64,000 bases of DNA from Woeseiaceae bacterium (GTDB lineage Bacteria; Pseudomonadota; Gammaproteobacteria; Steroidobacterales; Woeseiaceae). Both the position numbers and the translations under genes were made by a program. Below, piece after piece: positions 60,332 to 64,000 of this stretch. The stretch's first letter is position 1. Every line of letters begins with the position of its first letter. Under the pieces are notes generated by a model. The model was not told the origin of the DNA and did no database searches. It saw nothing but the letters and a program-made list of their open reading frames with translations. Location of the stretch: positions 23,793 to 87,792 of the forward strand of contig JANQLK010000001.1 in NCBI GenBank assembly GCA_028280615.1, given 5' to 3'.

Positions 60332-61358
60332 TACGCTGCCCAACCTGGCCGAGCCCGCCGGCTGGCTGCCGCTCGCGTTCATGGTCGTGATGGGCCTCGC
60401 GATCCTCGCCTATGTCATCCTCGACGGCTACGACCTGGGCGTCGGCATGCTGTTTCCGCTGGCCGGCGACGACGACAAGGATCGTATGATCGCGTCAATC
60501 GGGCCGTTCTGGGACGCCAACGAAACCTGGCTCGTGCTCGGCGTCGGCATCCTGCTGGTGGCGTTCCCCGCCGCGCATGGGCTGGTCCTCGGCGAGCTGT
60601 ACCTGCCCGTCACGGCGATGCTCATGGGCCTGATCCTGCGCGGCGTCGCGTTCGACTTCCGCGTCAAGGCCCGCGCCGATCACCAGCAGGCCTGGAACCG
60701 TGCATTCTTTGCGGGTTCGCTGCTCACGGCGCTCGCCCAGGGCTACATGCTCGGCCGGCTGGTCACGGGTTTTTCGGACGGCGCCGGGAATACGCTGTTC
60801 GCCGCGTTGATCGGCGTGTCGCTGGCATCGGGCTACGTCGCGCTAGGCGCTACGTGGCTCATCATCAAGACATCGAACGGACTGCAGCGCGCGGCGGTTC
60901 GCTGGGCGGTCCGCTCCTTGCTGCTGCTGGGCGTTGGCGTCGCCGCCGTGTCGATCGCGACGCCGCTGATCAGCGAGCGCCTGTTCGACAAGTGGTTCGG
61001 ACTCGAGAACGTGCTGATGCTGTGGCCGATTCCGGCCATGACCCTGGTGCTGTTCCTGGTCGCCTACCGGTCCCTGAAGCGCCTGCCGCACAGGCTCGAC
61101 CGCGGCAACGACTACGGCGACTGGGTGCCGTTCGGCGCGACGGTCGGCATCTTCATGCTGGCGTTTCACGGGCTCGCGTACAGCCTGTTCCCGTATCTCG
61201 TGCTCGATCGCCTGACAATCTGGGAGGCCGCGGCCGCGCCCGAATCGCTGATGATCGTTTTCGTCGGCGCGATGATCGTGCTTCCGGTCATCGTCGCCTA
61301 CTCGGTGTTCGCCTACCGGGTGTTCGCGGGCAAGGCGACCAGTCTCGAGTACTATTGA
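60324..61358 (+). CDS. cydB: Cytochrome bd-type quinol oxidase subunit II
   Basis: I place the start at ATG 60324 (overlapping the cydA stop), MLDTLPNLAEPAGW. It has ILDGYDLGVGML and GPFWDANETWLV. Confidence 0.9.
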   Translation: MLDTLPNLAEPAGWLPLAFMVVMGLAILAYVILDGYDLGVGMLFPLAGDDDKDRMIASIGPFWDANETWLVLGVGILLVAFPAAHGLVLGELYLPVTAMLMGLILRGVAFDFRVKARADHQQAWNRAFFAGSLLTALAQGYMLGRLVTGFSDGAGNTLFAALIGVSLASGYVALGATWLIIKTSNGLQRAAVRWAVRSLLLLGVGVAAVSIATPLISERLFDKWFGLENVLMLWPIPAMTLVLFLVAYRSLKRLPHRLDRGNDYGDWVPFGATVGIFMLAFHGLAYSLFPYLVLDRLTIWEAAAAPESLMIVFVGAMIVLPVIVAYSVFAYRVFAGKATSLEYY

Positions 61359-61370
61359 CGAAAATAGAGA

Positions 61371-62564
61371 TCAGGACTCGTCGAGTTCGCGCAGCAGCCC
61401 GCGAACCTGGCCGCGCAGTTCGTCGTCGCGCTCGGCGAGCAGGAAGTACTCGCGCGCCGTTTGCTTGTCGCCCGAACGCATCGCGGTGAGGCCGGCCAAC
61501 AGCTGCAGTCGGGCGACGTCCTCCTCGTCGACGTCGCCCGTACCCAGCGCTTTCTCGAAGCCTTCGTAGGCCTGCTCCCATTCGGCGTCCTCGAAGTGGA
61601 TGCCCGCAAGGAACTCGTAGGTATCCGCGTCCGGCTCGGCGGTCACCGAGTTCCACAGCGCGGCCTTGGCGTTGTCACGCTCGCGCGCCAGCATCCACAT
61701 GTCGCCGAGCGTGCGCCAGGTTTCCGCATTCTTCTCGATCGATTCCTCCTCGATCCACTGCTCGAGCAGGCGCGCCGCTTTTTCCGGCACGGCCACGTGA
61801 CCGTACAGCGAGGCGATCCGGCGCAGGTCGTCTTCCTTGCTCAAGACACCGTTCTGGTACGCGATCGCGAATGCCGAAAGCGCCTGCGCGTAGTCCTCGC
61901 GGCGCATGTGATGGCTGGCCAGCAGGCGCCAGTAGTCTTCGCTCGCGGGATCGCGATCGAGCAGCTGCGTGGCGACGGCGAGTGCATCGTCGTAGCGGCC
62001 GACATCGAACAGGATCTGGTACTGCAAGCGAACCCAGTTGTCGGGCGGGTTCGACCGGCCGTCGATGGCGCGCGTGATGAACTCGACGGCCTCGTCGAGA
62101 TTGCCGGACATGTAGTTCGCGTACGACACCGAGAACAGCTGCCCCGGCGTGGGCTCGACCGTCGTCGTGGCGAGCCACTCGTCGAACATGCGCTTCGCCA
62201 GTTCGAACTCGTCGTCCGCCATGACGATCTGGCCGTAGAAAAGCTTCAGGTTCGCGAGCAGCTCCTCCGGCAGGCGGGGCTGTGCCAGCGCCGCTTCGAG
62301 CGCGGGCCGCGCGCGTTCGGACTGCCCCATCATGACCGCGGTATGCGCGAGGTATTGCTTGCACAGCGCGAAATCGTACGGCCTGTCGGCGTTGTCCTCG
62401 GACAGGGCCTCGAGCATTGCGATCGCGTCCTCGTAGCGATCCTCCTCCCACAGCTCCTGCACGTCCATGAGTTTCAGGAACGTGGACCGGCTGGCCTTGG
62501 GCGCTTCCTGCGCGATGGCGGAGGCTGCGAGGCAGAGCGCTGTCAGTGTCAGAAGCAAACGCAT
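61371..62564 (-). CDS. Secreted TPR-repeat protein associated with the TonB system
   Basis: 397-aa ORF with signal peptide MRLLLTLTALCLAASAIA and TPR-like helical repeats throughout. It lies immediately downstream of tonB. Confidence 0.7.
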   Translation of the reverse strand: MRLLLTLTALCLAASAIAQEAPKASRSTFLKLMDVQELWEEDRYEDAIAMLEALSEDNADRPYDFALCKQYLAHTAVMMGQSERARPALEAALAQPRLPEELLANLKLFYGQIVMADDEFELAKRMFDEWLATTTVEPTPGQLFSVSYANYMSGNLDEAVEFITRAIDGRSNPPDNWVRLQYQILFDVGRYDDALAVATQLLDRDPASEDYWRLLASHHMRREDYAQALSAFAIAYQNGVLSKEDDLRRIASLYGHVAVPEKAARLLEQWIEEESIEKNAETWRTLGDMWMLARERDNAKAALWNSVTAEPDADTYEFLAGIHFEDAEWEQAYEGFEKALGTGDVDEEDVARLQLLAGLTAMRSGDKQTAREYFLLAERDDELRGQVRGLLRELDES

Positions 62565-62568
62565 GCGT

Positions 62569-63198
62569 TCAGTCCTCCTCGTCGAGGACGAAGGTCACCT
62601 TGGTGATCGAGACCACTCGCGCGGGCTTGCCGTCGCGAATCTGCGGCTGGTACTTCCAGCGCAGGACGGCGCGGCGCGCCGAGCGCTCGAACATGTTTGG
62701 CGGTTCCGCGCGCAGCACTTCCGGATCCTCGACCGAGCCGGTCTCGGTGACGATGAAGCGCAGAATGACGAAGCCCTCGGTCCCGTCCATGAGCGCCTTG
62801 GTCGGATAGTCGGGCGGTACCCGCACGAGCGGCGTCAACTCGCGCGCGATCTGGATGTCGCCGCCCAGGTCGAGGCCGAGATCCACGTCGAAATCGGGCA
62901 CATCGAACTGCAGGTCGGCCGAGCCCGAACTGGTCGCCTGCAGTCTTTGGAGGTCACGCTGGACCTCGCTCTGAGGCTTTTGCGGCGCGTTGGGGTCGCG
63001 TCGCGAGCGGACCTCGCGCGATTCCTCCTGCATGCGAATGAAGTTCGAGATGTCGGGCGACTGGGTTTCGGTCAGGCGGATGCGCTTGCTGCCGACCATG
63101 TATTCGATCAGTGTGAACAGGACGACGTTGGCGACCAGGGCGGCCAACACGATCGTCGGCATGCGCAGCGCCGGGTTGATCGTTGCCAGCGCTCTCAT
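62569..63198 (-). CDS. tonB: Energy transducer TonB
   Basis: 209-aa ORF with an N-terminal TM helix and the C-terminal TonB domain PDYPTKALMDGTEGFVILRFIVTETGSV...AVLRWKYQP. Confidence 0.85.
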   Translation of the reverse strand: MRALATINPALRMPTIVLAALVANVVLFTLIEYMVGSKRIRLTETQSPDISNFIRMQEESREVRSRRDPNAPQKPQSEVQRDLQRLQATSSGSADLQFDVPDFDVDLGLDLGGDIQIARELTPLVRVPPDYPTKALMDGTEGFVILRFIVTETGSVEDPEVLRAEPPNMFERSARRAVLRWKYQPQIRDGKPARVVSITKVTFVLDEED

Positions 63199-63200
63199 CG

Positions 63201-63614
63201 TTACTGGCCGGGCGGCGTCGCGGCGACGGCGACGTTATCGACGCCGGCCAGCCGCGCCTGGTCGAGAACCTCGATGACGAGGCCCGTACGCGAGGAATCG
63301 TCGGCCAGGATCACGACCGAACCCTCCGGATTCTCGGCGTGCAGCCGCTCGACGTGGCCGCGTACGCTCCGCGGGTCGACGCGCTGCCGATCCACCCAGA
63401 CCTCGCCGTTCTCGGTGACCGCAATCATGATATTGGCCTGCTGCTTGGTCTGCGCCGTGCGCGCGCTGGGCCGTTCGATTTCGACGCCCGCCTCCTTGAC
63501 GAACGACGCATTGACGGCGAAGAAGATCAGCAGGATGAAGACCATGTCGATCAGCGGGGTGATGTTGAGCGCCGAGGCTTCGCCCTCGGTTTGCAGATGG
63601 TCGCGTGTCGCCAC
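63201..63614 (-). CDS. exbD: Biopolymer transport protein ExbD/TolR
   Basis: GTG start at 63614, overlapping the exbB TAG by 1 nt. It has ALNITPLIDMVFILLIFFAV (conserved TM Asp) and VILADDSSRTGLVIEVLD. Confidence 0.85.
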   Translation of the reverse strand: MATRDHLQTEGEASALNITPLIDMVFILLIFFAVNASFVKEAGVEIERPSARTAQTKQQANIMIAVTENGEVWVDRQRVDPRSVRGHVERLHAENPEGSVVILADDSSRTGLVIEVLDQARLAGVDNVAVAATPPGQ

Positions 63615-64000
63615 TATCGATCCTCCACGAGTTCGGCCTCGAAACGACGGGCGGTGTCCTGAGCCCGCGACTCGAGGTCGGATACGAAGTACAGTCCGGA
63701 CAGGGCCGTGAACAGGCCGGCCATCGTCGTGACCAGCGCCTCGGAAATGCCGGAGGCCATGCCGCGCGTGTTGCCGGTGCCGAACACGGTGATGACGTCG
63801 AAGACCTTGATCATGCCGGAGACCGTCCCGAGCAGACCCAGCAGCGGCAGGATCGTCGTCAGCGCGTTGAGCGCCGGCAGGTTGCGATTCGCCTCGGCGC
63901 GGAAGTCGTCGACCAGCGCCTGGACGCGGCGGAACGACTGCACGCGGCCCGGCGTCTTGCCCTTTTGCCATTCATCGGCAAGCTCGCGTTGGAACCGCGG
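63614..64000 (-). CDS. exbB: MotA/TolQ/ExbB proton channel (partial; N-terminus beyond the window edge)
   Basis: LPLLGLLGTVSGMIKVF and GISEALVTTMAGLFTALSGLYF. The reading frame stays open to position 64000. Confidence 0.85.
   Translation of the reverse strand, partial: PRFQRELADEWQKGKTPGRVQSFRRVQALVDDFRAEANRNLPALNALTTILPLLGLLGTVSGMIKVFDVITVFGTGNTRGMASGISEALVTTMAGLFTALSGLYFVSDLESRAQDTARRFEAELVEDR

Overview
High-GC (roughly 65-68% by eye) bacterial chromosomal window, probably from a Gammaproteobacterium; the Na+-oxaloacetate decarboxylase hints at a marine or saline lifestyle. Coding density is high. I support about 58 protein genes, no rRNA or tRNA, no CRISPR array and no integrase or transposase. 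Positions 13-64 kb are mostly ordinary housekeeping and metabolism. They hold dgkA/PAP2/glpK, acetoacetyl-CoA synthetase, Leu dehydrogenase, ctaA, hemN, a BCAT, oadGAB, an Omp85-family protein, a beta-oxidation-like operon, a MerR/photolyase-like/nei/GPx stress cluster, an S9 peptidase, gbsR-cydAB and a canonical TPR-TonB-ExbD-ExbB operon. The stand-out region is 1-12921. It is a ten-gene, single-strand, partly translationally coupled cluster. It combines two Hanks-type Ser/Thr kinases, a PP2C phosphatase, two FHA-domain proteins, a cysteine-less FGE/SUMF1-like periplasmic protein with PEGA repeats, two lipoproteins and a very acidic secreted peptide. It also carries an atypical MotA/ExbB-like channel whose likely partner is a TolR/ExbD-like TM protein fused to a coiled coil and a vWA domain. 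I do not recognise this combination as a named system, and I propose it as a candidate phosphorylation-gated, ion-motive-force-coupled envelope machine. Secondary curiosities are a 163-bp MITE-like element with perfect 30-bp terminal inverted repeats, an octaheme cytochrome-TPR lipoprotein, an apparently domain-permuted photolyase homologue with candidate MerR operators, and in-frame coding tandem repeats. All calls come from reading the translations and motifs by eye; no database search was possible.
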